A stretch of DNA of 64,000 nucleotides from an uncultured Candidatus Rokubacteria bacterium (GCA_963789955.1 CAWBMV010000003.1:64001-128000); one strand, 5' to 3'; counted from the first letter of the stretch, positions 10,516 through 20,041 are shown. Program-made: numbers and translations. The notes: a model not told the origin generated them from the letters alone.

Positions 10516-10698
10516 CTAAGAGTCCCGACCCACGTGATCTCCGACCGGCTCGATCTCGTCGAGAAACGTCTCGGGATCGGCGTCGAAGATCCGCTTGCAT
10601 TCGTCACAACAGAAATAGATCGTCTCGCCCTCGTAGACGAGCTGCGCCTCGGCCGAGTCGGGGGTGATCTCCATCATGCAGACCGGATCCAGTGCCAT
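10516..10698 (-). CDS. YHS domain protein
   Basis: DPVCMMEI...YEGETIYFCCDECKRIFDADP; GAGGAGG RBS. Confidence 0.88.
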   Translation of the reverse strand: MALDPVCMMEITPDSAEAQLVYEGETIYFCCDECKRIFDADPETFLDEIEPVGDHVGRDS

Positions 10699-10734
10699 GG
10701 TAGCCTCCTCGTCCCGCTGGACTCGGCTTCCTGG

Positions 10735-10750
10735 GGCAAGGGCCGTGCCA
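10735..10750 (-). promoter_or_regulatory. Sigma-54 (-24/-12) promoter upstream of the YHS gene
   Basis: Minus strand TGGCAC-GGCCC-TTGCC matches TGGCAC-N5-TTGC. Confidence 0.75.
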
Positions 10751-10899
10751 CGGCAAATTCCATGGAAATCGCCGGGTTTCATGAAAGCGACCGGCCGATG
10801 GCAGGTAAAAACTCCATGACGACCGTGTAAGATCGGCCGATCGTGTAACTCCGGGGGAGTCCATGATCGTCTGGGGAGTCTACGACAAGAGCGCGCGTC

Positions 10900-11964
10900 C
10901 TACCAGGCGGCGGTGACGCCCGGCTTCACGATCCAGACGCTGTCCGCGTCGAGGTGACGGCGCCCGACCTCCTCGGCGATGCGGCGAGGCGGCTCATCGT
11001 ACGCCTCCCGGGCGAGCGCGAATGTTCCCCAGTGAATGCCGAGGAACTTCGCCGCGTGCAGGTCGGTCCACGCCTGGAGCGCTTCTTCCGGCGACATGTG
11101 CACGGGCTTGGCGAGTGCGCGGGGCGTATACGAACCGATCGGCAGCGCCGCCAGGTCGAACGGACCGAGCGCCTCGCCGATCTCCTTGAAGTGCTGGTAG
11201 TACCCCGTGTCCCCCGCGAAGTAGAAGCGCTTGGAGCCAAGCACCGCCCACGAGGCCCACAGACGCTGCCCCTGGTCCAGGAGCGTCCGGCCGGAGCCGT
11301 GCTGCGCGGGCGTGCATACGACGGTCAGGCCGTCGATCCGGGCCGATTCGCCCCAATTCAGCTCGACCACGTTCGTGATTCCACGATCCGCGAGCCATTT
11401 CTTGATGCCGAGCGGCACGACGAATCGCGGATTGAATTGCTGCGCCAGGTGCTTGACGGTCGGCTCGTCGAGGTGATCGTAGTGATCGTGGGAGATCAGC
11501 ACGAAGTCGATGTGTGGCAGGTCGTCGAACGCGATCGCGGGGGGCGTGTAGCGCCCGACTCCCACGAGCCCGCCGAAGGGGCCGCTGCGGCTCGCCCAGG
11601 TCGGATCGGTCAGGAAGTTCAACCCGTCGAGCTGGACGAGCAGGGTCGAATGACCGATCCACGTCACCGTCGCCTGGCTCGCATTGTCACGAAGCGCGAC
11701 CGTGTCCGGCGTGACGATGGGAAGCGGCTTGACGTGGCGCTCGCCCACCAGCCATGTGGCGCCCACGATCAGCGAGCGCGCGCGTGCCCACAAGCTCGCC
11801 CGGTGATATTCGGGGTCGAGGTTGTGGAACCTGCCGCCGACCCGGGGCGCCGCGGGCAACCCGGCGACGACCGCCGGGGGCGAGATCGCGGCGGAAACGG
11901 ACTGCAGCGGCGCCGCTTCGCTCGCGCCGACCAGCAGAGCCAGGACGAGGAGCAGACCCACCAC
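10900..11964 (-). CDS. MBL-fold metallo-hydrolase (NAPE-PLD/RomA-like) with signal peptide
   Basis: TWIGHST, LTDP, SHDHYDHLD, PAQH, AGDTGY, PIGSY, IHWGTF. Confidence 0.9.
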   Translation of the reverse strand: MVGLLLVLALLVGASEAAPLQSVSAAISPPAVVAGLPAAPRVGGRFHNLDPEYHRASLWARARSLIVGATWLVGERHVKPLPIVTPDTVALRDNASQATVTWIGHSTLLVQLDGLNFLTDPTWASRSGPFGGLVGVGRYTPPAIAFDDLPHIDFVLISHDHYDHLDEPTVKHLAQQFNPRFVVPLGIKKWLADRGITNVVELNWGESARIDGLTVVCTPAQHGSGRTLLDQGQRLWASWAVLGSKRFYFAGDTGYYQHFKEIGEALGPFDLAALPIGSYTPRALAKPVHMSPEEALQAWTDLHAAKFLGIHWGTFALAREAYDEPPRRIAEEVGRRHLDADSVWIVKPGVTAAW

Positions 11965-12011
11965 GCTTCCGAGCTTACCTGAGGCTCGAGTGGCCTACCA
12001 GCGCTCGCCGG

Positions 12012-13244
12012 CTACATCTGCTCCTTGAGCGGGAGCGCCAGGATCTCGAGGAATCGGCTCGTGAAACCGCGATGGTTCCAGTCTTCGTACATCACTGGGC
12101 GCGAGTTCCTCAGGTCCTCGTCGAACACCCGCTCGAGCCGCTGGGCGGTGTCGACGTCGTAGATCGCGACGTTGAGCTCCTCGTTCAGGGCGAACGAGCG
12201 ACGGTCCAGGTTGGTGCTGCCGATGGTCGCCCAAATGCCGTCGACGACCATGGTCTTCGCGTGCAGGAGCGCCGGCCGGTACTCGTAGATCTGGACACCG
12301 TTTTTCAGGAGGCGCCCGAACTCCGAGCGGCTGGTCTGGCGCACGAGGTTGTGGTCGATGGCGCCCGGGATGAGGAGCTTGACCTGGACGCCACGGTTCG
12401 CGGCGCCGACCAAGGTCGTGATCATGGTGTCGTCGGGCACGAAGTAGGGGTTGGTGATGTGAACGGAGTGCCGCGACGAGGCGAGAGCCAGCAGGAACAT
12501 CGTATACATCGCGGTGCCGCCGCCCGCCGGGGAGCTGCGCACCACCTGGGCGTCGACGTCACCCTTCGACTCGAGGCGGCGGCGCGGGAAATATTCGGGC
12601 CCTCCGAGCGCGACGCCCGTCGCCTCCAGCCAGTTTTCGGCAAACGCGCCCTGCAGCTGCTCGACCACCGGCCCTTCGATCCGGATATCGGTGTCCCGCC
12701 AGTGTCCTTCCTGGCGCCCGTTACCGCTCCACTTGCCGCTGATGCCCGAGCCGCCCGTCACGCCGACCATGCCGTCGACCACGAGGATGCGGCGATGATT
12801 GCGATAGTTCACCCGATCGATGGCGAACGAGCTCAACGGCCGGAAGCTCTCGACCCTGCAGCCGACGCTTTTCATCTCCTCGCGAAACTCCGCGGGCATC
12901 GCCAGCGCGCCCACGGCGTCGAGCAGCACGTTGACCTTGATGCCGGCCGAGCAACGCTCGGCCAGCGCCCGGGCGATCTCCTTGGCGGGCTCGCCGTCCT
13001 CGAAGACGTACTGGGCGTAGTTGATGGTGCGACGCGCGCTGCGAATCAGCGCGACCTTCGCCGGAAAGATCTCCTCGCCGTTCAGCAAGATCTGCACGCG
13101 GTTGCCGCCGACGACAGTCGTGCCCGTGTACGCGCCGAGCGTGGCCGCGAACGCCGGCTGCTTGATGTCGAGCGTCGGCAGCTCGAGGTGGGGTGGTACG
13201 CCGGCGCACCCCGTGGTGATGGCGAGGAGGATGACAAGGCCCAT
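12012..13244 (-). CDS. cls: Cardiolipin synthase (phospholipase D family)
   Basis: Two HKD-type motifs: RNHRRILVVDG (K reads as R) and LHAKTMVVDG...GSTNLD; possible lipobox TTGC. Confidence 0.88.
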   Translation of the reverse strand: MGLVILLAITTGCAGVPPHLELPTLDIKQPAFAATLGAYTGTTVVGGNRVQILLNGEEIFPAKVALIRSARRTINYAQYVFEDGEPAKEIARALAERCSAGIKVNVLLDAVGALAMPAEFREEMKSVGCRVESFRPLSSFAIDRVNYRNHRRILVVDGMVGVTGGSGISGKWSGNGRQEGHWRDTDIRIEGPVVEQLQGAFAENWLEATGVALGGPEYFPRRRLESKGDVDAQVVRSSPAGGGTAMYTMFLLALASSRHSVHITNPYFVPDDTMITTLVGAANRGVQVKLLIPGAIDHNLVRQTSRSEFGRLLKNGVQIYEYRPALLHAKTMVVDGIWATIGSTNLDRRSFALNEELNVAIYDVDTAQRLERVFDEDLRNSRPVMYEDWNHRGFTSRFLEILALPLKEQM

Positions 13245-13436
13245 AAGCGAGATACCACCGTCGGAGATGGGAGATCACCTGAGTCGCGTCGACCGCGGGG
13301 TAGGATTTACCGAGCCGCCGCGTAACAACTACTGCGCCCGGCGAGGCGCGTCCCGATCACGTTGTTCAGGATTCGCATCGTCTAAATCGCTGTCTGACAG
13401 GATTTTCCGCGCCGGCGTCGTACACACAGCCGGTGC

Positions 13437-13452
13437 TGGCAAGGTGATTGCT
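13437..13452 (+). promoter_or_regulatory. Sigma-54 promoter upstream of the BON gene
   Basis: TGGCAA-GGTGA-TTGCT, 65 bp before the ATG. Confidence 0.7.
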
Positions 13453-13516
13453 CCTCTCTGGGCAGGCCGGGATCAACTCATATACCGATACCGAGAACCT
13501 GGGAGGACAACCAGCG

Positions 13517-14134
13517 ATGCGTAACGAACTGAAGACTGGGGCAGCGCTTCTGACCGCCGTCCTATTCGCGCTCCCGTTGACCGCGGGCGCCGCCGACAAG
13601 GCGACCGACAAGACGGCTCCGAGCACGATGGACAAGATGGAAAACAAGGCCAAAGAGACCACGCAGGAAGTGAAGGACGCCACCAGCGATAGCTGGCTGA
13701 CGTCGAAGACGAAGATCGCCCTCTTCGCGGACGATCGGGTCAAGGGCCGCGAGGTGCGGGTCGAGACCGTGAAGGGCGATGTGTTCCTGCGCGGTAAGGT
13801 CGACTCCAACGAGGCGAAGATGGCCGCGGGCGACATCGCCAAGACCGTCGAGGGCGTGAAGAGCGTGAAGAACGACCTGCAGGTCGTGGCCCCGGCGGCG
13901 CGCAAGGCCGTCCAGGCGAACGACAAGCAGATCACCAAGGCAGTCGAGACCACCCTGAGCAAGGACCCGCACCTCAAGAAGATCGACGTCCGCACCGACG
14001 CGGGGGTCGTGGTGCTGAGCGGTGAGGTGCCGAACATCTCCACCTCCGCGAAGGCCTCCGAGATGGCGCACCGGGTCGACGGCGTGAAGTCGGTCAAGAA
14101 CGAGCTGCGTGTGTCGCAAGCGAAGGCCAACTAG
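13517..14134 (+). CDS. Dual BON domain protein (OsmY-like)
   Basis: Signal peptide; DSWLTSKTKIAL...VKSVKNDL and DKQITKAV...VKSVKNEL; GGAGG RBS. Confidence 0.9.
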   Translation: MRNELKTGAALLTAVLFALPLTAGAADKATDKTAPSTMDKMENKAKETTQEVKDATSDSWLTSKTKIALFADDRVKGREVRVETVKGDVFLRGKVDSNEAKMAAGDIAKTVEGVKSVKNDLQVVAPAARKAVQANDKQITKAVETTLSKDPHLKKIDVRTDAGVVVLSGEVPNISTSAKASEMAHRVDGVKSVKNELRVSQAKAN

Positions 14135-14157
14135 CCCCCGGAAGCTGACCGACGACG

Positions 14158-14191
14158 AGAGCGGGCGGTCGAAAGGCCGCCCGCTCTTTTT
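14158..14191 (+). terminator. Intrinsic terminator between convergent BON and csbD genes
   Basis: AGAGCGGGCGGTC-GAAA-GGCCGCCCGCTCT stem-loop followed by a T run. Confidence 0.85.
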
Positions 14192-14205
14192 GTGTCCGCG
14201 ACGAC

Positions 14206-14433
14206 TTACCGCCGAGCCGGGTCGCGCAGCTCTTCGTCGTACCGGTCGAAGCGCTTCTTCATCTCACGCTCGGCCTGATCGCGCTCCCAGCCGTATCGCT
14301 CCTGCAGCGCGCCGGCAAGCTTGTCCATCGCGCCGTCGATCCGATCGAGATCGTCGTCGGTGAGCTTGCCCCACCACTGCTTGACCTGACCGCGCATCTG
14401 CTTCCACTTGCCGGTGAGAATGTCCTGGTTCAT
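14206..14433 (-). CDS. csbD: CsbD family stress protein
   Basis: MNQDILTGKWKQMRGQVKQWWGKLTDDDLD...LQERYG; AAGGAGG RBS. Confidence 0.92.
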   Translation of the reverse strand: MNQDILTGKWKQMRGQVKQWWGKLTDDDLDRIDGAMDKLAGALQERYGWERDQAEREMKKRFDRYDEELRDPARR

Positions 14434-14481
14434 GAAATGTCGCCTCCTTTCGGTTTCGTTCATCGAACAAGATCACGAGGG

Positions 14482-14497
14482 AGCAAGACGCGTGCCT
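14482..14497 (-). promoter_or_regulatory. Sigma-54 promoter upstream of csbD
   Basis: Minus strand AGGCAC-GCGTC-TTGCT. Confidence 0.7.
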
Positions 14498-14615
14498 CGT
14501 TGGCCGGCGATCGCGCAACCGTCGCCCGTAAAAGTTACTCGGTAAATCTTTCCGCCCCTCGACGCGGCCGCGCGCAGAGCGCCGTCGTTGCTTGCACAAG
14601 CGAGGGCCTTGCAAT

Positions 14616-14631
14616 TGGCACCGCGGCTGCA
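14616..14631 (+). promoter_or_regulatory. Sigma-54 promoter upstream of the micropeptide and methyltransferase
   Basis: TGGCAC-CGCGG-CTGCA. Confidence 0.65.
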
Positions 14632-14672
14632 GCTATTGCCTAGGTACACACACATACAGGGAGGACCCAAGA

Positions 14673-14723
14673 ATGTGGGGCTTGCTCGTCGTCCTGGTTC
14701 TGCTGCTCACCGGGAGGGTGTAG
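14673..14723 (+). CDS. 16-aa hydrophobic micropeptide MWGLLVVLVLLLTGRV (DUF3309/lmo0937-like C-terminus)
   Basis: GGGAGG RBS about 8 nt before ATG, TAG at 14721-14723, sigma-54 site just upstream; too short for the ORF track. Confidence 0.55.
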   Translation: MWGLLVVLVLLLTGRV

Positions 14724-14737
14724 CGCGGGAGGCGCTC

Positions 14738-15361
14738 ATGGCGAAAGTCGCGATCCTCGAGCAGCCCTGGAGCCCGTGGGGGCGTGAGTATGTGAACACG
14801 CCCGATCGCTTCATCTTTGGTACGCGCCCGTCGGCTCTGGCCCGCGAGGCCGGCGAGCTCACGGGCCGCCGCGCCCACGTGCTCGATCTCGGCTGCGGCG
14901 AGGGGCGCGACAGCGTCTTTCTCGCCGAGCAGGGACACGACGTCGTCGGCGTCGACCTCTCGCTCGACGGGCTCCGCAAGGCCGCGCGGCTCGCGGACGA
15001 GCGCGGCGTTCAGGTGCCGTGGGTCTGCGCGGCGTTACCGGATCTGCCGGTACGGGGACCGTTCGATCTCGTCTACTCCTGCGGCTCGATCCACTATGTG
15101 GCCCGGGACGACCGCGGCGCGCTGTTCACCCGGCTCCAGGGGCTTACGCGCCGGGGCGGGCTCCACGCCCACGTCGTCTTCACCGAGCGGCGGATCTACC
15201 GCGAGAAGAACGAGATCGTGCACTACTTCACTCCGGATGAGCTGCGTGATGCCTATCGCGGCTGGATCATCCTGCGCCACGAGGTAGGACTGATCCCGTG
15301 TGCGCAGGACGGTGTGCGTCACGTGCACAGCGTGGAGACCATTCTCGCTCAGCGGCCGTGA
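14738..15361 (+). CDS. Class I SAM-dependent methyltransferase (TehB-like)
   Basis: VLDLGCGEGRDSVFLA, VVGVDLS, FDLVYS; GGAGG RBS. Confidence 0.85.
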   Translation: MAKVAILEQPWSPWGREYVNTPDRFIFGTRPSALAREAGELTGRRAHVLDLGCGEGRDSVFLAEQGHDVVGVDLSLDGLRKAARLADERGVQVPWVCAALPDLPVRGPFDLVYSCGSIHYVARDDRGALFTRLQGLTRRGGLHAHVVFTERRIYREKNEIVHYFTPDELRDAYRGWIILRHEVGLIPCAQDGVRHVHSVETILAQRP

Positions 15362-15389
15362 TCCGGACGGCCGTGCTACGCTTTCCGCG

Positions 15390-16151
15390 ATGCGACATGC
15401 CCTGAGCGCTGCGCTCGCGTGCGGTCTGGCGCTGCTGCTGGCCGCCAGCGCCGTCGCGGTCACTCCGCCACCGCGGGCGAGCGGCTCACTCCTCGAAGCC
15501 TGGAACAACATCACGTCGTTCAACGAGGACCTTTCGCGGATCGACCGCGCGCGCGACGCGCTCGAGAGCGAGGTCGCCCGCACGCCGAGTCTCGATGCGC
15601 TTCTCCTGCTGGCCTGGGCCCATCTGCTCTGGGCCGACTACCGCGCGCCCGATGTGAACGCCAAGCTCGCGAGCTACGAGCGCGGGCGCGACGTCGCCAA
15701 GCGCGCGATCGACATGGCGCCGCGGAGTCCGGAGGCGCATCTCTGGTATGCTGCCAATCTTGGCCGCTGGGCGGTCACGAAGGGTAAGCTGCAGTCCGCG
15801 TTTCTTCTGTCGACCCTGAGGCAGGAGATTCAGACGGTGCTGGAGCTCGATCCGGACAACGTGCCGGGACTGGCGGTCGCCGGGTCGTTCTACCTCGAGA
15901 CCCCGTCGCTGTTCGGGGGCGATGTCCCCCGCGCCGAGAGATATCTGCGAAAGGCGCTCGTGCTCGATCCGCACTTCACGCGCGCCCGTATCGAGCTAGC
16001 CCGGTGTCTCATCGCACGAGGGCGTTACGACGAAGCCCGACAGGAGCTCAAGACCGTCCTCGACGAACGGCGGCCGAGCTACATCGCCGACTGGGTCATG
16101 CGACATCGGCCCACCGCCGAGCGTCTGATGGCCGAGATCCGCGCCAAGTAA
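15390..16151 (+). CDS. Secreted tetratricopeptide repeat protein
   Basis: Signal peptide; TPR-like AKRAIDMAPRSPEAHLWYA, YLRKALVLDPHFTRARIELA. Confidence 0.75.
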   Translation: MRHALSAALACGLALLLAASAVAVTPPPRASGSLLEAWNNITSFNEDLSRIDRARDALESEVARTPSLDALLLLAWAHLLWADYRAPDVNAKLASYERGRDVAKRAIDMAPRSPEAHLWYAANLGRWAVTKGKLQSAFLLSTLRQEIQTVLELDPDNVPGLAVAGSFYLETPSLFGGDVPRAERYLRKALVLDPHFTRARIELARCLIARGRYDEARQELKTVLDERRPSYIADWVMRHRPTAERLMAEIRAK

Positions 16152-17753
16152 TTGAAGGCTGCCGACGAGCGGGCCGACGTTCTCGTGATCGGAGCCGGCG
16201 CTTCCGGCGCCGCCGTCGCCTGGAAGCTCGCCGGGGCCGGCATCGGCGTGGTGTGCCTGGAGCAGGGGGACTGGGTCGACGCGCGCGCGTATCCCCACTG
16301 GCAGGCCGACTGGGAGCTGCACCGGAATACCGACTGGAGCGCCGAGCCGAACGTGCGGCGGCTGGTCCAGGACTATCCGGTCAACGACCAGGCCTCGGTC
16401 ATCTCGCCGCTGATGTACAACGCGGTCGGCGGCAGCACCATTCACTGGAGCGCGCACTTCCCGCGCTTCCGTCCCTCGGACTTTCGCGTGCGGAGTCTCG
16501 ACGGTGTCGCCGACGACTGGCCGATCGACTACGCCGCCCTGGAGCCGTACTTCGACCTGAACGATCAGATGATGGGTGTGGCCGGGATCACCGGCGATCC
16601 GGCCTATCCGCCGAAGTCGCCGCGCCAGACGCCGCCGATCCCGCTCGATACCCTCGGCGTCACGATCGCCGGCGGCTTCGACCGGCTCGGTTGGCACTGG
16701 TGGCCCTCGGACAGCGCGATCCTCACACGCGACTACGACGGCCGGCGGGCGTGCGTGAACTGCGGCCCCTGCGACCTCGGCTGCCCGATCGGCGCCAAGG
16801 CGAGCACGGACGTCACCTACTGGCCGAAGGCGCTCGCGTCCGGCGCACGCCTGGTGACCCGCGCCCGCGTGCGTGAGATCACGCTCGGGCCGGATGGGCT
16901 CGCCGACGGCGTCGTCTACTACGACGGCGAGGGCCGAGAGCACGCGCAGAAGGCGCGCGCGGTCGTGCTGGCCGCCAACGGTATCGGCACGCCGCGGCTC
17001 CTCTTGAACTCGCGCTCGGCGTGCTTTCCCGAGGGGCTCGCCAATCGCAGCGGCCTGGTCGGACGGAACCTCATGTTCCATCCCTACGCGATGGCGCGCG
17101 GCGTCTTCGACAAGCCGCTCGGCGGTCATCGCGGCCCGGTCGGCTGCAGCATCATCAGTCAGGAGTTCTACGAGACGGATCTCTCGCGCGGCTTCGTGCG
17201 CGGCTATTCGTTTCAGGTGGCGCGGGGGCTCTCGCCGATCGCGTCCGCGAACGGCGGGTCGGTCGGTGACCGGGTGCCCTGGGGCCGCGAGCATCGGCGG
17301 GCGTACGCCGAGCGATTCGACCGGACGATCACCGTCGCCGTCATCGGCGAGGATCTGCCGGAGCCCGAGAATCGCGTCGATCTCGACCCGGCGCTCACCG
17401 ACACGAACGGCATTCCGGCGCCGCGCGTGTCCTACCGGCTCAGTGAGAACAGCCGGCGCATGCTCGACCACGGCATCGCGCGCGCCCGCGAGGTGCTGCA
17501 CGCGGCGGGCGCCCACGACGTCGCGTTCAACCCGCTCCTGCGCGCCGGCGGCTGGCACCTCATGGGCACCGCGCGCATGGGGCGCGATCCGGCCACCTCC
17601 GTGGTCGACGCCGAGGGGCGGTGCCACGACGTGCCGAATCTCTACATCGTCGACGGGAGCGTGATGGTAACGTCCGCCGGCGTGAACCCGACCTCGACGA
17701 TCCAGGCCGTGGCTCTGCACGTCGCCGACGGGATGATCCGGAGGCGGAGATGA
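16152..17753 (+). CDS. GMC family oxidoreductase
   Basis: DVLVIGAGASG, VGGSTIHW, CVNCGPCDLGC cluster motif, HLMGTARMG, NPTSTI. Confidence 0.92.
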   Translation: MKAADERADVLVIGAGASGAAVAWKLAGAGIGVVCLEQGDWVDARAYPHWQADWELHRNTDWSAEPNVRRLVQDYPVNDQASVISPLMYNAVGGSTIHWSAHFPRFRPSDFRVRSLDGVADDWPIDYAALEPYFDLNDQMMGVAGITGDPAYPPKSPRQTPPIPLDTLGVTIAGGFDRLGWHWWPSDSAILTRDYDGRRACVNCGPCDLGCPIGAKASTDVTYWPKALASGARLVTRARVREITLGPDGLADGVVYYDGEGREHAQKARAVVLAANGIGTPRLLLNSRSACFPEGLANRSGLVGRNLMFHPYAMARGVFDKPLGGHRGPVGCSIISQEFYETDLSRGFVRGYSFQVARGLSPIASANGGSVGDRVPWGREHRRAYAERFDRTITVAVIGEDLPEPENRVDLDPALTDTNGIPAPRVSYRLSENSRRMLDHGIARAREVLHAAGAHDVAFNPLLRAGGWHLMGTARMGRDPATSVVDAEGRCHDVPNLYIVDGSVMVTSAGVNPTSTIQAVALHVADGMIRRRR

Positions 17754-18181
17754 CGCGCGAGTTTTTGGCCTCGGTACTCGATACCCTGGTGCCGCCGGGT
17801 GAGGGCTTCCCGGAAAGCGGCGCGCTCGCCCTCGACCATGTCCAGGCAATGGCCGATGCCTCCGCCGAGGCCGGGTCGTTGCTCTCGCAGGCACTCGAGA
17901 CCATCGAGGAGGCGGCGCGCGCTGACGATGTCCGCGGATTCGCAGGTCTGAGCGTCGCCCAGCGCGAGGATCTTCTGAGGCGCGTCGAGCGTTCTCATCC
18001 CGAGGCCTTCGATGCGCTCGTCCGTCACACTTATGATGGCTTTTATAGTCACCCCGCCACGATCACGCGGCTGGGGCTCGAGCCCGGGCCGGTGCAGCCG
18101 CGCGGCCACCGCATCGAGAGCGCGCCCTTCCCGGATCTCGGGCGCGTGGCCGGACGCGGTCCGATCTTCCGTCGGGCGTAA
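17750..18181 (+). CDS. Gluconate 2-dehydrogenase subunit 3-like protein
   Basis: ATGA-coupled to the GMC gene; LDTLVPP, FAGLSVAQREDLL, FDALVRHTYDGFYSHP. Confidence 0.75.
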   Translation: MTREFLASVLDTLVPPGEGFPESGALALDHVQAMADASAEAGSLLSQALETIEEAARADDVRGFAGLSVAQREDLLRRVERSHPEAFDALVRHTYDGFYSHPATITRLGLEPGPVQPRGHRIESAPFPDLGRVAGRGPIFRRA

Positions 18182-18244
18182 GGACTGCCGGGGCGTATAT
18201 CATGATGGCCAGGCTGCACGAGGTCGTATCGCCGAGGTGAGCCG

Positions 18245-20041
18245 ATGAGCAAGCCGACTCAAGCAGTCCACGAGTTCGAGCATCACGCGGCCGACCGGGC
18301 GACGACGCGCCCCGTGGTTTCGGGCACGCAGGGCGTCGTCACGGGCGGCCATCCGCTCGTGTCGATGGCGGGCATGCGCATGCTGCTCTCAGGCGGCAAC
18401 GCGTTCGACGCCGCCGTGGCCGCTGGATTCGCCGCCGCGGTGGTCGAGCCGACGGCGTCCTACACGCTCTGCGGCGAATGCGTGGCGCTCATCCACGACG
18501 CGCGAGCGCGGGAAACCCTGGCCCTGAGCGGCCAGGGCACGGCGCCGGCGCTGGCGACCGTCGGACTCTTTCGCGGGCGCAAGCTCGATCGCATCCCGAC
18601 CGGTCCCGGAGCGGACGCGCATCTGTCGTTCACCGTGCCCGGCGCCGTCGACGGCTACCTGACCTTGCTCGAGACTCACGGCACGAAGAGCGTGAGCGAG
18701 GTGCTCGCTCCCGCGGTCCAGTACGCCGAGCATGGATTCCCGATGTACGAATACATGCACGGCTTACTCGATATTCCGGAGACGCGGACTCAGTTCGACC
18801 TCTATCCGCCCGGCGGCACCGCGGTGTTCTACCCGGGCGGGCGCGTGCCCGAGGTGGGGGAGCTGTTCGTGCAGCCCGCCCTCGGCGGAACCTTGCGGCG
18901 GCTCATCGAGGCCGACACCAGGGCGCGCGGCCATCGAACAGCCGGCATCGCCGCGGCGCGCGAGCGTTTCTATCGCGGTGACGTCGCGGCGACGATCGGC
19001 GGGTTCTCCGAGCGCGTCGGAGGGCTTCTGCGCGCCTCTGATCTGGCCGGCTACCGAGCCCGGCTCGAAGCGCCGCTGCGCACGACCTTCGCGGGCCGGG
19101 AGATCCTGGGCCAGTCGGCGTGGACCCAGGGCCCCGTGCTCATGCAGGCGCTCGGCATGCTCGCAACCTTCGATCTGCGCGCGCTCGGCCACAACTCCGC
19201 TCGCTACATCCACGTGGTCTCCGAGGCGCTCAAGCTCGCCTTCGCCGATCGCGAGGAGTACTACGGCGATCGCGAGGACGCGCTCACCGGGATCGGCGAC
19301 CTGCTCACGCCCGCCTATCTGAAGGAGCGCGCGGCACTGATCCGTAGCGATCGTGCGACTCCAGAGGCACCGGCGCCGGGCGATCCTCGACACGGGGGCG
19401 CGGCGCGGCGCTCCGGCGCGCCCGCCGGCGTTCGCGCGAGCGGCGTGTCGGCGGCCGCGGCCGACGGGACGACGCACATCGCCGCGATCGATCGCGAGGG
19501 CAACATGATCTGCCTGACGCCGAGCGGCGGGGTATTCAGGAAATCGGCGTTCGTTCCCGAGCTCGGCTGCACGCTCAGCACGCGCAGCGAGATGTTCTTC
19601 GTCGCCGCCGATCACCCGAACGGGCTCGTTCCGGGCAAGCGCCCGCGCACCACGCTCGTGAGCTATCTGATCTGCGAGGGCGGCGTGCCCACCATGACCG
19701 TCGGCTGTCCGGGCGGCGACGATCAGAGCCAGGCCGATCTGCAGCTCGTCCTGAATCTGCTGGTCTTCGGCATGAATCCGCAGCAGGCGGTCGAGGCGCC
19801 ACGCTTCTCGACCCAGACGCTCGTCAACTCGTTCTGGCCCAGGGCCTATCGGCCGGGACAGCTGAACGTCGAGCCGGGCATCCCCGAACGGACCCGCGGT
19901 GAGCTCCGCGCGCTCGGTCACCAGGTGAGCGAGGCCGGCGCGTGCGGTATCGGCGCGGTGGTGACGCGGCGCGATCCGCAGACGGGCGTGCTGTCCGCCG
20001 GCGCCGATCCGCGGCGCCCGACCTACGCGCTGGCGTGGTAG
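18245..20041 (+). CDS. ggt: Gamma-glutamyltransferase family (Ntn hydrolase)
   Basis: GGNAFDAAVA, TVPGAVDG, FYRGDVA, KLAFADRE, GTTHIAAID nucleophile, PGKRP, GADPRR. Confidence 0.88.
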   Translation: MSKPTQAVHEFEHHAADRATTRPVVSGTQGVVTGGHPLVSMAGMRMLLSGGNAFDAAVAAGFAAAVVEPTASYTLCGECVALIHDARARETLALSGQGTAPALATVGLFRGRKLDRIPTGPGADAHLSFTVPGAVDGYLTLLETHGTKSVSEVLAPAVQYAEHGFPMYEYMHGLLDIPETRTQFDLYPPGGTAVFYPGGRVPEVGELFVQPALGGTLRRLIEADTRARGHRTAGIAAARERFYRGDVAATIGGFSERVGGLLRASDLAGYRARLEAPLRTTFAGREILGQSAWTQGPVLMQALGMLATFDLRALGHNSARYIHVVSEALKLAFADREEYYGDREDALTGIGDLLTPAYLKERAALIRSDRATPEAPAPGDPRHGGAARRSGAPAGVRASGVSAAAADGTTHIAAIDREGNMICLTPSGGVFRKSAFVPELGCTLSTRSEMFFVAADHPNGLVPGKRPRTTLVSYLICEGGVPTMTVGCPGGDDQSQADLQLVLNLLVFGMNPQQAVEAPRFSTQTLVNSFWPRAYRPGQLNVEPGIPERTRGELRALGHQVSEAGACGIGAVVTRRDPQTGVLSAGADPRRPTYALAW

